Shown: positions 1 to 9,800, numbered from the stretch's first letter. The stretch is 17,556 bases of DNA from Chthonomonadales bacterium (GCA_038217285.1 JBBQPO010000119.1:1-17556), one strand, 5' to 3'. Numbers and translations are program-made. The notes: generated by a model not told the origin, from the sequence alone.

Positions 1-139
1 CGTGGGAGATTTGCTCTGCCACCAGATCGCTCCTGCGCCGTTGGTTCCTCCGAAACGAAGAGGGCGTCCACCTGGAAAAACAGGGGCCAGGGAAACGAAA
101 GGAGGTATGGCCAGTGTCACCGTTTAATGCAGCACTACC
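1..139 (+). mobile_element. Probable right end of an IS1-family insertion sequence (partial transposase C-terminus at 2..127 plus terminal repeat)
   Basis: Frame 2 is open from the window start to TAA at 125-127 and reads VGDLLCHQIAPAPLVPPKRRGRPPGKTGARETKGGMASVTV*. This resembles the 'ELL...PP.W.PPK.RGRP' tail I recall from some IS1-like transposases. It is followed by ttaatgcagcactacc (124-139), whose reverse complement GGTAGTGCTGCATTAA fits the IS1-type GGnnnTG end (IS1 IRL begins GGTGATGCTGCC). Confidence 0.45.
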
Positions 140-216
140 AATCGGCCGGACAGGGTATGCTTAAACAGGGCAGGCGACCCGGAAAGCATGCGCTCAAGCG
201 ATCAGGATCACAGGCA

Positions 217-894
217 ATGATGACTCTTTCGGCAGGCTGTTATGCGGCGGGATACTTAACCGGTCTGGGAGCGTTCTGGTGGATGGCCCGGCAGCGCGGG
301 CTGGCGACGCAGGGCGTCTTTGCACTGCTGGCGGCAGGACTGGTCGGAGGGCTGGTCTGCGCCAATCTCGCGCAGTGGATCTTCGCGGGTACCGCCGGGA
401 AGTCGGTGCTGGGAGCGGTCGCGGGCGGCTATCTGAGCGTCGCGCTCTACAAACGCTATCTCGGCATTCGGCGGCCACTGGGCGACCTGTTCGCGGTCGC
501 GCTGAGTGCGGGCGAGGCGGTAGGACGTTGGGGCTGTTTCTTCGCAGGCTGCTGCTACGGGCGGACTTGCGCGCACCTGCCCTGGGCCATCTGGCAGCAC
601 GATGCCTGGCGGCACCCCACGCAGGCCTATCTCTCTCTGGCCAGTCTGGGTATCCTGCTGGTACTGCTCGCCTTGGAGCGCCTGCGCCCGCCCGAGAACA
701 CACTGTTCTTTTTGCAGGGCGTGCTCTACTGCGCGGCCCGGTTCGGCATCGAGTTTCTGCGCGATTCACCCCGTACTGCAGGGAATCTCTCCCTCGCACA
801 GTGGGCCTGTCTGTTCGGCGGCCTTTTCTTCGCCGTCCGTCTGACGTTGCTTCTGCATTCTACGAGGAGGCTTCATGTCCACGCCGTCGCCTGA
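217..894 (+). CDS. Prolipoprotein diacylglyceryl transferase (Lgt) family membrane protein, non-canonical paralog
   Basis: Several hydrophobic helices and the Lgt-family motifs GRWGCFFAGCCYG, RHPTQAY and RFGIEFLR. I placed the start at the ATG-ATG at 217/220 because the longer 127 start overlaps the IS end. Confidence 0.85.
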   Translation: MMTLSAGCYAAGYLTGLGAFWWMARQRGLATQGVFALLAAGLVGGLVCANLAQWIFAGTAGKSVLGAVAGGYLSVALYKRYLGIRRPLGDLFAVALSAGEAVGRWGCFFAGCCYGRTCAHLPWAIWQHDAWRHPTQAYLSLASLGILLVLLALERLRPPENTLFFLQGVLYCAARFGIEFLRDSPRTAGNLSLAQWACLFGGLFFAVRLTLLLHSTRRLHVHAVA

Positions 895-1225
895 GCGTCT
901 CTGCCCTAACTGCCGACAGTCGTACAAAGGAGATCCGCAGTTCTGTCCCCACTGCGGCTTCAATCTGCAGCCCATCCCGCAGCCGAAATTCGTCGCCGGT
1001 TCTGCTGTCGTCGACTCTATTCTGGCCGTGCTGCTGAGTCTGCTCTGCGTGCCCATGCTGGTGACGCTGCTCATTCCGTTTATCCTCTATATTGTCATGG
1101 ACAATCGTTACGTCGCCTTCCGAACCGGCCTGCGCATCATGCTGATCACTTTTGCGGTTCTGGCCCTGGGCGCGCTGGCGTTCTGCGGTATTATGATCGT
1201 CACCAATCTAAACACAGCCCACTGA
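875..1225 (+). CDS. Zinc-ribbon (CPNC...CPHCG) membrane protein, hypothetical
   Basis: Two CxxC pairs at the N-terminus, then two or three hydrophobic segments. A GAGGAGG RBS lies upstream and the gene overlaps the end of the lgt-like gene. Confidence 0.75.
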   Translation: MSTPSPERLCPNCRQSYKGDPQFCPHCGFNLQPIPQPKFVAGSAVVDSILAVLLSLLCVPMLVTLLIPFILYIVMDNRYVAFRTGLRIMLITFAVLALGALAFCGIMIVTNLNTAH

Positions 1226-1254
1226 TGTCCGTATTGCACAGGAAGGAGCGCGCT

Positions 1255-2649
1255 ATGTCGGCAGAGGCAGCACAGGGATGGTCGGAACAGACGCAGGGAC
1301 TCTGTCCGGAATGCCTGCGCACGGTTCCGGCGCTGCTGAAGGCGGAGGAGGGGCGCATCTGGCTGGAGAGCGTCTGTGAGCGCCACGGTATGGCGCGGGC
1401 GCTGCTCGCTTCGGATGCGAAGGAGTATCTGCGTTTCCGGCAGTATGTGCCGGCGCGCTCCGGGGCAGGCTGCTGCGGCGCGGGCGAAACCTGCGCGGAA
1501 AACGGCCCGCCGGTCTGCGTTCTGCTCCTGGAGATCACGCTCGCCTGCAATCTGCGCTGTCCCACCTGCTACGCCGACGCGCAGGGCCACGACTTCATGT
1601 CCGTGGAGACGGCGCGCGCCCGCCTCGATACGTTCTTCCGTTCTCAGAGCAGTCTCGACGTGCTGATGCTCAGCGGCGGCGAGCCGACGATCCATCCTCA
1701 GTTCGGCGATATTCTGAACCTCGCCCTCTCCTATCCCATCGGCCGCATCCTCGTCAACACCAACGGGCTGCGCCTGCGCCAGAGCGACGCCCTGGTGCAG
1801 TCCATCGCCGCGCACCGTGACCGCGTGGAACTGTTCTTCTCCTTCTCCAGTTTCCGGGCCGAGGTGCATGAGCGGCTTTATGGAAAAGACCTGCGGGTGG
1901 AGAAGCGGGAAGCCCTGCAACGGGCGCAGGAAGCGGGGCTGTTCGTGACGCTGGTTCCTACCCTCGAACGCGACGTCAACGACGATGAGATCGGCGATCT
2001 GTACCGTTTCGCTCTCAGCCTGGACAACGTCAATGGCCTCAACTTTCAGCCCGTGATGAGCGCCGGACGCTACGAACATGACTACAACGGAACGGCCCGC
2101 CTCACCCTGACCGACGTGCTGGCGGAACTGGAGCATCAGACGGCAGGCGCGCTCCGAAGCAGCGATTTCGTCGGCTTGCCCTGTTCGCATCCCGACTGCT
2201 GTGTGCTGACCTACGGCTTCCTGGACGAACGCCGCGCACAGATCACGCCTCTGCCGCGCCATCTCGACATCGCGCGCTATCTCGACCTGTTCGCAGACCG
2301 TATCAGCTTCGCCGGTATTCTGAGCGGCGCGGCACGCCGCGTCTGGTCCGATGTGGCGCATCTGCGCGGTAAGCAGACTCTCCAGGACCTGAGCCTGCTG
2401 TTCCGCGAGGCGGGCGTCCGCGACCTGCTGCCGCTGATCGGCAAGCCCGACCGCATCGGCAAGCGCATCTTCCGCATCGTCGTCAAACCGTTCATGGACG
2501 CCCACACCTACGACCACAAACGGATCGAACAGTGCTGCACCAAAATCCTGGACGAGAACGGCAATTCCGTCTCTTTCTGCGAATACAACGTCTTCCACCG
2601 CGCCCGCAAAACGCCCCGCGTCAGCACGATCCCCCTTGTCCTGCGCTGA
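1255..2649 (+). CDS. Radical SAM protein, COG1964 / Tes (tetraether synthase, GDGT-MAS, MJ0619)-like
   Basis: N-terminal CPEC...CERHG rubredoxin-like motif, CNLRCPTCYA (CxxxCxxC), SGGEPTIHP, NTNG, NFQP, PCSHPDC, and C-terminal FMDAHTYDHKRIEQCC and FCEYN. An AAGGAG RBS sits 6 nt before ATG 1255; 1225 is an alternative start. Confidence 0.85.
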   Translation: MSAEAAQGWSEQTQGLCPECLRTVPALLKAEEGRIWLESVCERHGMARALLASDAKEYLRFRQYVPARSGAGCCGAGETCAENGPPVCVLLLEITLACNLRCPTCYADAQGHDFMSVETARARLDTFFRSQSSLDVLMLSGGEPTIHPQFGDILNLALSYPIGRILVNTNGLRLRQSDALVQSIAAHRDRVELFFSFSSFRAEVHERLYGKDLRVEKREALQRAQEAGLFVTLVPTLERDVNDDEIGDLYRFALSLDNVNGLNFQPVMSAGRYEHDYNGTARLTLTDVLAELEHQTAGALRSSDFVGLPCSHPDCCVLTYGFLDERRAQITPLPRHLDIARYLDLFADRISFAGILSGAARRVWSDVAHLRGKQTLQDLSLLFREAGVRDLLPLIGKPDRIGKRIFRIVVKPFMDAHTYDHKRIEQCCTKILDENGNSVSFCEYNVFHRARKTPRVSTIPLVLR

Positions 2650-2675
2650 CGCCCACCCGTTCAGGAGCCTCCACC

Positions 2676-2945
2676 ATGCCCATGAAGTCCCTAAACGAAT
2701 TCGAGAGAGCGCGTCAGGGCGAAAAGTTCGAGGGATACGCCTTCACCTTCTGCAAGGCCGCGTTCCTTGTCCTGATCTTCCAGCGCTTCTCCCTGCTTGC
2801 CCTCTCCGGCCTCGCGACCCTTTTCTATCTCCTCGCCTCCTGGCGCGGCGTCACCCGGTGGCGCTGCTGGGCCAAACCGCCCTACGTCACCCTCTTCTGG
2901 GCCGCCATCTTCGCTTGGCAGTTCTGGCTCCTCCGGCGTCCGTGA
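2676..2945 (+). CDS. Small hypothetical membrane protein (89 aa)
   Basis: AGGAG RBS at 2663-2667 before ATG 2676. About three hydrophobic segments. It follows the radical SAM gene closely on the same strand. Confidence 0.7.
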   Translation: MPMKSLNEFERARQGEKFEGYAFTFCKAAFLVLIFQRFSLLALSGLATLFYLLASWRGVTRWRCWAKPPYVTLFWAAIFAWQFWLLRRP

Positions 2946-3006
2946 ACGCCTGTTGCGGCGCAGGATCATTTCGCTGGGAGCTGTCGGAATCAATCGCAAT
3001 CGAGAA

Positions 3007-3056
3007 TCAAGGAATGTTATCCCTCGCTACTTTCAAGGGATGTTATCCCTCGCTAC
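3007..3056. repeat. Tandem 24-bp direct repeat, period 26
   Basis: tcaaggAatgttatccctcgctac (3007-3030) and tcaaggGatgttatccctcgctac (3033-3056), one mismatch. Confidence 0.9.
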
Positions 3057-3139
3057 GCGGCTTCGCCGGACCGTCCTCGCGGACGGAAATGCAGTTTTTG
3101 GATATGAACAGGCTGTCCTTGTCTTCCCGGCAGACGGAT

Positions 3140-3168
3140 GCAGGAATGCCCTCCCTAAACGGTGAAGA
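3140..3168 (+). repeat. Left copy of a 29-bp direct repeat bracketing the defence island
   Basis: gcaggaatgccctccctaaacggtgaaga matches 12884-12912 at 27 of 29 positions. The core also recurs at 12824-12846. Confidence 0.85.
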
Positions 3169-3204
3169 AAGGTCCAATACAGAACCTGGACAGAACCGAG
3201 AACT

Positions 3205-6200
3205 ATGCCACGTATTTTTGACAATATCGACCTGGATCTGCTTCCGGCTTTGCAGGAGACGTTGAAGGTAGCCGACCGTGCTGATTTTGCGGTCGGCTAT
3301 TTTAACCTGCGGGGCTGGAAGCGGTTGGACTGCCATGTAGAGGCGTGGGCAGGAGGCGAGGGCCACTGTTGTCGGCTGCTTGTGGGGATGCAGAAGGCGC
3401 CGGAAGAGGAGTTGCGGGAGGTGCTCCGGGTTACGGATCACGCCGACGGTATGGATATGCAGACCGTCCTGCTCTATAAGCGCAAACTGGCCACCGAGTT
3501 TCGCGATCAGTTGATGGTGGGCATACCTACCAACGAAGACGAGGCGGGACTGCGGCGACTGGTGGGACAGATCAAACAGAAAAAGGTGCAGGTCAGACTG
3601 TTCCTGCGGCATCGGCTGCATGCCAAACTCTACCTGTTGTTTCGCTCGGACCCGATCAATCCGATTGTCGGCTACCTCGGCAGCAGCAATCTGACCCTCT
3701 CGGGCCTTTCCTATCAGGGCGAACTGAACGTAGACGTACTGGACCATGACGCCGCGAACAAGCTGGCGCAGTGGTTCGAAGATCGCTGGACAGACCACTG
3801 GTGCGTCGATATTTCGGACGAGCTTGTGCAGATCGTGGAGGAGAGCTGGGCGCGAACCGAGCCGATTCCGCCTTATCACATCTACATCAAGATGGCCTAC
3901 CACCTCTCGCAGGAGGCGCGGGCCGGACTGTCGGAATATACCATTCCGCGCGTCTTCCGCGACAAGCTGTTTGACTATCAGACCGCCGCCGTCAAGATCG
4001 CGGCGCGGCACCTGCATAAGCGGGGTGGCGTCGTCATTGGGGATGTCGTGGGGCTAGGAAAGACCCTTATGGCGACTGCCCTGGCCAGCACATTCGAGGA
4101 GCTGGGCATGGAGACCCTGATCCTCTGCCCACGCAACTTGGTGAAGATGTGGAACGACTATCGGGTTCAGTATGGCCTGCGGGCCACGGTGCTCTCCGTC
4201 ACCAGAGCGGTGCGCGAACTGCCCGAGATGTCACGCCACCGTATCGTGCTGATCGATGAAAGCCACAATCTGCGAAACCGCGATGGCAAGGTCTATCGCG
4301 CCATTCGGGAGTATATCGAGAAGAACGACAGCCGCTGTATTCTGTTGACCGCGACGCCCTACAACAAGTCCTATCTCGATCTCTCCAACCAGTTGCGGCT
4401 CTTCGTGCCGGAGGAGAAAGACCTCGGCATCCGACCGGAGCGCCTGCTGCGGGAGATGGGCGAAGTGGAGTTCACACGGCGGCATCAGGCGGGGATTCGC
4501 ACGCTCGCTGCCTTCGAAAAGAGTGACTATCCCGACGACTGGCGGGAGCTGATGCGCCTCTACATGGTGCGGCGCACCCGCTCGTTCATTCAGGAAAACT
4601 ACGCGAAGACCGACCCCGCGACCGGGCGCAAATATCTGCTGTTCAACACCGGGGAGCGCTCCTACTTCCCGACACGCACCCCGAAAACGATCAAGTTCCG
4701 CATCGATGAACAGTACGCCGCGCTCTACGAACAGGATGTCGTGGAGATCATCAACGCGCTCTGTCTGCCGCGCTATGGCCTGGGCAACTACGAAGAGAAC
4801 ATGCCGAGCCAGAAGCCGACGGCGGCGGAGACGGTTGCGCTGAAAGACCTCTCGCGGGCGGGCAAGCGGCTCATGGGTTTCTGCCGCACCAACCTGTTCA
4901 AACGCCTGGAATCGAGCGGATACTCGTTTCTGCTTTCGGTCGAGCGGCATATTCTGCGCAACTATATCTTTCTGCACGCCATCGACAACGGTCTGCCGCT
5001 CCCCATCGGATCGCAGGGCGCGGAGATGCTGGATACCGACAGCAACGACGAGGACGCCGACGACACCGCCGCCGCACAGGATATGTTCAGCGACGAGAAT
5101 GTAGAGGCTATTCCGCAAGAGAAGGTCAAACACGCCCTGCGCACGGATCCGGAGTTCCGGCAACGGGCGAAAGCCGTCTATGAACTGTATCAGGCGCGCT
5201 ACAAGCGACAGTTCAAATGGCTGCCGTCGCCTCTGTTTCAGTCGCAACTGCGCCAGGATCTCCAAGCGGACTGCGATGCCCTCCGCAGTGTGCTGGCGAA
5301 GTGCGACTCCTGGGAGCCGAACAAAGACGGCAAACTGGCGGCGCTGCGGGAGCTGCTGGCGAAAGATCGCCCGAACGACAAGGTGCTGATCTTCACACAG
5401 TTCGCGGACACGGCGCGGTATCTGGGGGAGCAGTTGAAAGCGCTGGGTATCGGGAAGCTGGCCGTCGCGACCGGGCACTCCGACGACCCGACGGAGCTTG
5501 CCTGGAAGTTCAGCCCGGTCAGCAACGACCGGCGGAAACAGATCAAGCCGGAGGACGAAATTCGCGTCCTGATCGCCACCGATGTGCTCTCAGAAGGGCA
5601 AAACCTCCAGGACAGCTTTGTGGTGGTGAACTACGACCTGCCCTGGGCAATTATCCGGCTGGTGCAGCGCGCGGGGCGCGTGGACCGCATCGGGCAGAAA
5701 GCGGAGGAGATCCTCTGCTGCTCGTTCCTGCCGGTAAAGGGCATCGAGAAGATCATCAAACTGCGCGCCCGCGTACGGCAGAGGCTCTCGGAGAATGCCG
5801 AGGTTGTAGGGACCGACGAGGCGTTCTTCGAGGACGACCGCAAAAACAGCGCCCTGCTCGACCTCTATCACGAAAAGGCGGGGGTGCTGGACGCCGAGGA
5901 CGATGGAGATGTGGATCTCGCCTCGAAAGCCTATCAGATCTGGAAAAACGCTGTCGAGGCCGACCCCAAACTGAAAAAGACCATCGAGGATATGCCGAGA
6001 GTGGTCTACTCTACCAAACCGCATGTCGCCTCCGCCGCGCAGCCGGAGGGCGTGCTGGTCTATCTGCATACCGGGCAGGGCAACGATGCGCTGGCCTGGA
6101 TAGATCGGAACGGCAAAAGCGTCACGGAGTCACAGAGCGCTATCCTGCGGGCAGCGGCCTGCACCCCCGAGACGCCCGCTCTGCCGCGCTATGAAGCGCA

Positions 6201-6570
6201 TCACGAACTGGTAGCGCAGGGCATCGAGCATATCGGGATCGAGGAGCGCAGTGTCGGCGGGCAGTTAGGCCGCCCCTCCGGCGCTCGCTTCCGAACCTAC
6301 GAGCGCCTGAAACGCTACGCCGAACAGGTACGCAACACCCTGTTCGATACGCCGGAGCTGCACCGGGCGGTGGAGGAGATCTACCGCTATCCGCTTACCC
6401 AGGCCGCGACTGACCGCTTGAACAGCCACCTCCGCAGCGAAATCGGCGACGATCTCCTGGCGCAACTGACCCTGCTCCTGCGTGAAGAGAACCGTCTCTC
6501 CATCGTCAGCGAAGAGGAACAGACCCGCGAACCGCGCATCATCTGCTCCCTGGGGCTTTCCGCCTCATGA
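3205..6570 (+). CDS. PLD-family nuclease domain fused to an SNF2-like SF2 helicase (restriction-type subunit)
   Basis: N-terminal PLD motifs LHAKLY and GSSNLT..GL...GELN. Helicase motifs GDVVGLGKT (I), IDESHN (II), TATP (III), LIFTQF (IV), TDVLSEGQNLQ (V) and QRAGRVDRIG (VI). Confidence 0.92.
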   Translation: MPRIFDNIDLDLLPALQETLKVADRADFAVGYFNLRGWKRLDCHVEAWAGGEGHCCRLLVGMQKAPEEELREVLRVTDHADGMDMQTVLLYKRKLATEFRDQLMVGIPTNEDEAGLRRLVGQIKQKKVQVRLFLRHRLHAKLYLLFRSDPINPIVGYLGSSNLTLSGLSYQGELNVDVLDHDAANKLAQWFEDRWTDHWCVDISDELVQIVEESWARTEPIPPYHIYIKMAYHLSQEARAGLSEYTIPRVFRDKLFDYQTAAVKIAARHLHKRGGVVIGDVVGLGKTLMATALASTFEELGMETLILCPRNLVKMWNDYRVQYGLRATVLSVTRAVRELPEMSRHRIVLIDESHNLRNRDGKVYRAIREYIEKNDSRCILLTATPYNKSYLDLSNQLRLFVPEEKDLGIRPERLLREMGEVEFTRRHQAGIRTLAAFEKSDYPDDWRELMRLYMVRRTRSFIQENYAKTDPATGRKYLLFNTGERSYFPTRTPKTIKFRIDEQYAALYEQDVVEIINALCLPRYGLGNYEENMPSQKPTAAETVALKDLSRAGKRLMGFCRTNLFKRLESSGYSFLLSVERHILRNYIFLHAIDNGLPLPIGSQGAEMLDTDSNDEDADDTAAAQDMFSDENVEAIPQEKVKHALRTDPEFRQRAKAVYELYQARYKRQFKWLPSPLFQSQLRQDLQADCDALRSVLAKCDSWEPNKDGKLAALRELLAKDRPNDKVLIFTQFADTARYLGEQLKALGIGKLAVATGHSDDPTELAWKFSPVSNDRRKQIKPEDEIRVLIATDVLSEGQNLQDSFVVVNYDLPWAIIRLVQRAGRVDRIGQKAEEILCCSFLPVKGIEKIIKLRARVRQRLSENAEVVGTDEAFFEDDRKNSALLDLYHEKAGVLDAEDDGDVDLASKAYQIWKNAVEADPKLKKTIEDMPRVVYSTKPHVASAAQPEGVLVYLHTGQGNDALAWIDRNGKSVTESQSAILRAAACTPETPALPRYEAHHELVAQGIEHIGIEERSVGGQLGRPSGARFRTYERLKRYAEQVRNTLFDTPELHRAVEEIYRYPLTQAATDRLNSHLRSEIGDDLLAQLTLLLREENRLSIVSEEEQTREPRIICSLGLSAS

Positions 6571-6573
6571 ATT

Positions 6574-6740
6574 CCGCCCCTAAAGGAGCGGCCTGATGCG
6601 GTAACCCCGCTAAAGCGGGCTGGGTCGATCTACCAAGCTTCTCGGCGGAGAATAATAGGCCCGTGAGCCTCCTTTGATGTATGCGTTACCCAGGGCCGTT
6701 TACGGTCCTTACCAAAGACAGACCGCTCCTTTAGGGGCGG
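6574..6740. mobile_element. Non-autonomous REPIN/MITE-like element made of two inverted double-hairpin units
   Basis: Perfect 18-bp inverted repeat ccgcccctaaaggagcgg (6574-6591 / 6723-6740). Each arm has a second hairpin (6604-6621 and 6692-6709). The left arm shares gagcggcctgatgcggtaa with the ends flanking tnpA at 12023-12668. Confidence 0.85.
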
Positions 6741-6803
6741 GGCTTTCGGATCGGTTTCTTGGAATCACCGAAACGAGACATGGAATCTTTCCTGCGAGGA
6801 CTT

Positions 6804-9800
6804 ATGCCGACCTTAAACATCCCGCGTACCCGCACTCTCTTGGAACAGTTCGATTTCTCCACGCTCTTCATCGAGCAGTTGAACTGGTCGCGCCCCGTCA
6901 CACGCCGCCCCGGCGCGTGGCAGGTCGAGGGAGTCGCCTACGCTTACACACACATCGCGGAACTGGCGGGTGTCGTGGTGATGGAAGTGACCGGCCCGGA
7001 CGAGGCGCTGCCTCCCGCTAAAGTGCGCGAGGCCGTGCAGAAGGGCCTGACGGGCCTCCATCGCGAAAATCTGCTGATCTTTGTGGATAAGCTACGGACA
7101 CAGAGCCTCTGGCGCTGGGTGAAGCGGGAAGACGGCAAGACCTATCCCCGCGAACATCTCTACCTGAAGGGACAGCCCGGCGACCTTTTCATCAGCAAGA
7201 TCAGCGGTATGGTGTTCGATATAAGCCGCTTCGACGCACAGGGCAAAGTCTCGTTAATCGCGGTCTCCGATGCGCTCCGCAACGCCCTCGATGTCGAGCG
7301 GGTGACGAAAAAGTTCTTTACGGAGTATGCCGATCAGCGGGTCAAGTTCACCGAACTCATCGTGGGGATCGACGATGAGCGTCAGCGGCGCTGGTACGCC
7401 TCCGTGCTCCTTAACCGCCTGATGTTCATCTACTTCCTCCAACGCAAGTTCCTGATAGACGGTGGCGAACGCGACTACCTCCAGAAGAAGCTAGCGCAGA
7501 CGGCGACGCAGTTCGGGGCCGACAACTACTATGAGGTATTTCTACAGCCGCTCTTTTTCGAGGGATTTGCCCGCCCGGAGCGCGAACGCAGCCCGCAGGC
7601 GAAGGCCCTGCTCGGCACTGTCCCCTATCTGAACGGCGGTCTGTTTCTGGAGCATAAGATCGAGGAGGCCTATCGCGGCAAGATCACCATCCCGGATGCA
7701 GCCTTCGCCAATCTGTTCGGCCTGTTCGAACACTACTCCTGGAACCTCGACGATACACCGGAGGGCCAGCCGGACGAGATCAATCCGGACGTTCTGGGCT
7801 ATATCTTCGAAAAGTATATCAACCAGAAGGAGTTCGGAGCCTACTACACGCGCCCGGAAATCACGGAGTATCTCTGCGAACACACGATCCATCAGTTGAT
7901 TCTCGACACGCTCAACGCCAATCAGGACATTCCCGGCTTGCCACCTGTCCGGCATTACCATGATATTGGCGACTTGCTGACCCACCTGGACGCTCCGGTA
8001 TGCCGCCGCCTGCTCTACGAGGTGCTGCCACATCTCAGTCTGCTCGATCCGGCCTGCGGGTCGGGCGCGTTCCTTGTCGCCGCCATGAAGACGCTGGTCA
8101 ACATCTACGGCGCGATTACCGGACGCATCGAGTATCTAGGCGACAAGAGTCTCACGGTCTGGCTTGCCGATACCCGCAAAGACCACCGCAGCCTCAACTA
8201 CCATATCAAGCGCAAGATCATCACGGAGAACCTTTACGGCGTCGATATTATGGAGGAGGGCGCCGACATCGCGCGTCTGCGGCTCTTTCTGGCACTGGTC
8301 TCCTCTGTCAAAACAGTCGATGAGTTGGAACCGCTGCCCAATATAGACTTCAATATTCTGGCAGGCAACTCCCTCATCGGTCTGCTCCATGTCAACGAAA
8401 ACGATTTCAACGGCAGATTGCAACTCTACGGCTCTTATTCCGAGGTCGTCGCAGAGAAGAATCGTCTGGTAGCGAACTATCGTGGCCTAGCCGAACAGAA
8501 GGGGTTTCGCAACGACCTGCAGATCCTGCGCGACGACATTCAGCAGAAGATCGCTGAAGCAGGCGAGACACTGGATGAACTCCTCCTCGACGAGTTTCTA
8601 ACGCTCAAAATCCAGTTCGAGCAGGCGACCTGGGATGTGGTCATGGGCAAAGAGGGCAAGGCGAAAAAGCGTTCCCCGAATCTATTTGATATTCGGGATC
8701 TCCAACCATTCCATTGGGGCTATCAGTTCGACGAGATTCTGAAGCATGGTGGCTTTGATGCCATCATCACAAATCCACCCTGGGAGATTTTCAAGCCGCA
8801 AGCAAAGGAGTTCCTGACGGATTATGCCGTGGGCATCACCAAGAATAAAATGACCATAAAGGAGTTCGAGGAGAAGCAGACTGAAGCCCTTTCGGACGAC
8901 AATGTACGTCAGGAATGGGAAGCCTTCCTGAGCCGATTCCCTCATGTTAGCGCGTACTATCGCAGCGCGAAGCAGTACGAAAACCAGATTTCCGTCGTGA
9001 ACGGTAAAAAAGCCGGCACCGACATCAACCTCTACAAACTCTTCACCGAGCAGTGCTACAACCTGCTGCGGACCGGCGGACAATGCGGCATCGTCTTGCC
9101 CAGCGGCCTGTACACCGACCTGGGAACGAAGCAGTTGCGGGAACTGCTGTTCGACTCCACTCATATCACAGGACTGTTCTGCTTCGAAAACCGCAAATTG
9201 ATTTTCGAAGGCGTAGACAGTCGCTTCAAATTCATCGTTCTAACCTTCGGCAAGACTGGCCGAACAGAAGCATTTCCTGCGGCTTTTATGCGGCACGATG
9301 TGGCGGAGCTACGCGAATTTCCAAATCGAGGTGCGTTAGATATATCGGTTGAAATGGTGCGCCGTCTCTCGCCAGACTCTTTTTCAATCATAGAATTCAA
9401 GAGTGATATGGACGTGTGTATAGCGGAAAAGATGCTATCGTTCCCGCTACTGGGCGAGAAGATCGAAGGGACATGGAATCTTGTCTTAGCTACTGAGTTT
9501 CACATGACCAACGACAGCAGACTGTTCCGCACAACCTCTGGTATCAATCGGCTGCCACTTTATGAAGGCAAGATGATTCACCAGTTTACTCACACTTGGG
9601 GGGAACCGAAATACTGGATTGATGAGCGTGAAGCGCGTAAGGCTCTGGGTGGACGCACTGGCGACAATGGACAATTCCTCAATTATCAACGATATCGCAC
9701 GGCACATCGTGAGATTGCCAGGAGTGTTGACGAGCGAAGCATGATCTGCAGCATACTTCCGCGTAATGTATTTGCCAACCACAAACTTCACGTAAGCCGT

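Noticed and set aside
99-127. Mini-ORF MASVTV after a perfect AAGGAGGT
   Set aside because: There is no spacing between the SD-like sequence and the ATG. It is better explained as the tail of the upstream partial reading frame.
127-216. N-terminal extension of the Lgt-like ORF from ATG 127
   Set aside because: The extension is hydrophilic, not Lgt-like, and overlaps the putative IS end. ATG 217/220 fits better.
1255-2649. RiPP maturase (SPASM) or MoaA assignment for the radical SAM protein
   Set aside because: There is no SPASM cysteine pattern, no clear precursor peptide and no molybdopterin genes. The motifs fit COG1964/Tes-like proteins.
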